DNA of 64,000 bases, taken from positions 288,001-352,000 of the forward strand of contig CAWGYD010000005.1 in assembly GCA_963826785.1 (NCBI GenBank), read 5' to 3'. The notes under the pieces were generated by a model. That model saw only the letters and a program-made list of their open reading frames with translations. It was not told where the DNA came from and searched no databases. Positions within the stretch are counted from its first letter, which is position 1, and every line of letters begins with the position of its first letter. This stretch comes from an uncultured delta proteobacterium. Its GTDB lineage: Bacteria; Desulfobacterota; Desulfobacteria; Desulfobacterales; Desulfosalsimonadaceae. Made by a program: the position numbers and the translations under genes. Shown one piece after another: positions 62,897-64,000 of this stretch.

Positions 62897-64000
62897 TTGG
62901 ACGACAGCAGAAAAGACAGCAGCCAGGAGCTGGACGGGCTTCGCCGTCAGATTGATGAAATTGATGAGCAGCTGGTACAACTTCTGGCCGAACGGCAAAA
63001 GCAGGTCGGGCGGGTCGTTGAACTGAAAAAACGCTACAGCCTGCCGGTTTATCATCCGGCGCGGGAGGAAGACGTGATCACCGGCCGCCGGGAGCAGGCC
63101 CGCCGGATGGGCCTGAATCCCGATTTTGTGGAGGAGCTGTATCGCATCATTATCCGGCAGTCGCGAATCGAGCAGTCCGGGCACCTGGCGCGAAAGGCCA
63201 TCCGGCCCGGTGCGGCCGTGCTGATCGTTGGCGGACACGGTGAGATGGGGCGCTATTTTGCCCGATGCTTCGACGCGGCCGGATACGAGGTTCGGCTCAT
63301 GGGGCGCAACGACTGGGATCGTATCGAATCCCTGTGCACCGGAATCGATATGGCCATGGTATCGGTTCCCATCGAATCCACCGCCGAAATTATTGATCGG
63401 CTGGGGCCCCATCTGCCTTCACATGCGGTGCTCACCGATATTACCAGCATCAAATCGGAGCCGCTGAAATCCATGCTTTGTGCGCATTCCGGGCCGGTAC
63501 TGGGGCTGCATCCCCTGTTCGGCCCCACCCCGGCATCCCTGGACAAGCAGATTATCGTGGCCACGCCCGGAAGGGACCAGGAGAAATACCAGTGGATCCT
63601 CGACCAGTTCGCGGCCTGGGGAGCCGTGGTCGTGATCTCCGATCCTGACGAGCACGATGAGGTGATGTCCGTGGTGCAGGCCCTGCGCCATTTTGCCACC
63701 TTCTCCTTCGGCCAGTTCCTGGCGAAAAGAAACGTCCCGCTGGCCAGGACCCTGGAATTTTCGAGTCCGATTTACCGGCTGGAACTGGGCATGGTGGGCC
63801 GTCTGTTCGCCCAGGATGCCGCCTTGTATGCAGAGATCATCTTCTCCTCCAAAAAGCGCTTGGAATTGCTCAAGTCTTACATAGAAGGCCTGAGCGCCAA
63901 TATGTCCATGCTGGAATCGGGCGACAAGGCCGATTTCATCGCGCAGTTCAATCAAATAGCGGAGTGGTTCGGGCCTTTCGGCGAACAAGCCATGCGGGAG
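62897..64000 (+). CDS. tyrA: Chorismate mutase/prephenate dehydrogenase (runs off the window)
   Basis: Manual translation from TTG 62897: LRRQIDEIDEQL...IVGGHGEMG...DITSIK...GLHPLFGP...EHDEVMSVVQALRHF. Confidence 0.92.
   Translation, partial: MDDSRKDSSQELDGLRRQIDEIDEQLVQLLAERQKQVGRVVELKKRYSLPVYHPAREEDVITGRREQARRMGLNPDFVEELYRIIIRQSRIEQSGHLARKAIRPGAAVLIVGGHGEMGRYFARCFDAAGYEVRLMGRNDWDRIESLCTGIDMAMVSVPIESTAEIIDRLGPHLPSHAVLTDITSIKSEPLKSMLCAHSGPVLGLHPLFGPTPASLDKQIIVATPGRDQEKYQWILDQFAAWGAVVVISDPDEHDEVMSVVQALRHFATFSFGQFLAKRNVPLARTLEFSSPIYRLELGMVGRLFAQDAALYAEIIFSSKKRLELLKSYIEGLSANMSMLESGDKADFIAQFNQIAEWFGPFGEQAMRE

Overview
Window from a moderately GC-rich bacterial chromosome; gene content suggests a deltaproteobacterium (Desulfobacterales-like, inference). 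It has two halves. About 1-35 kb mixes housekeeping genes (trpL-attenuator-trpEGDCFB, cinA, djlA, pepA, epimerase, NSS transporter, trmJ, lysR) with dense, nested mobile DNA. That DNA comprises: (i) three copies of a transposase-less cassette with IS231-type ends and 11-bp TSDs, carrying a GIY-YIG nuclease gene between inverted CGTC-type REP hairpins; (ii) four copies of a ~132-bp MITE with 6-bp AANNTT TSDs carrying the same REP doublet; (iii) a group II intron inserted in that REP, with a candidate EBS1 complementary to the REP end; (iv) ~20 copies of a CCCCCC-TTGA-GGGGGG palindrome that seeds tandem arrays; (v) a ~10.5-kb toxin-antitoxin island built partly from recycled fragments of itself; (vi) a four-helix-bundle pseudogene between inverted telomere-like heptamer arrays. 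About 35-64 kb is ordinary core genome where I saw none of these repeats (yedF, fabK-like, cdr-rhodanese, trxC, copZA, tRNA-Ala, hisBA, dnaG-rpoD-tRNA-Ile2, rnpB, ispD, sigma54 activator, Mla-type ABC, tyrA). About ten genes carry single-base frameshifts, most likely sequencing/assembly indels. All calls are from visual inspection; no database searches were run.
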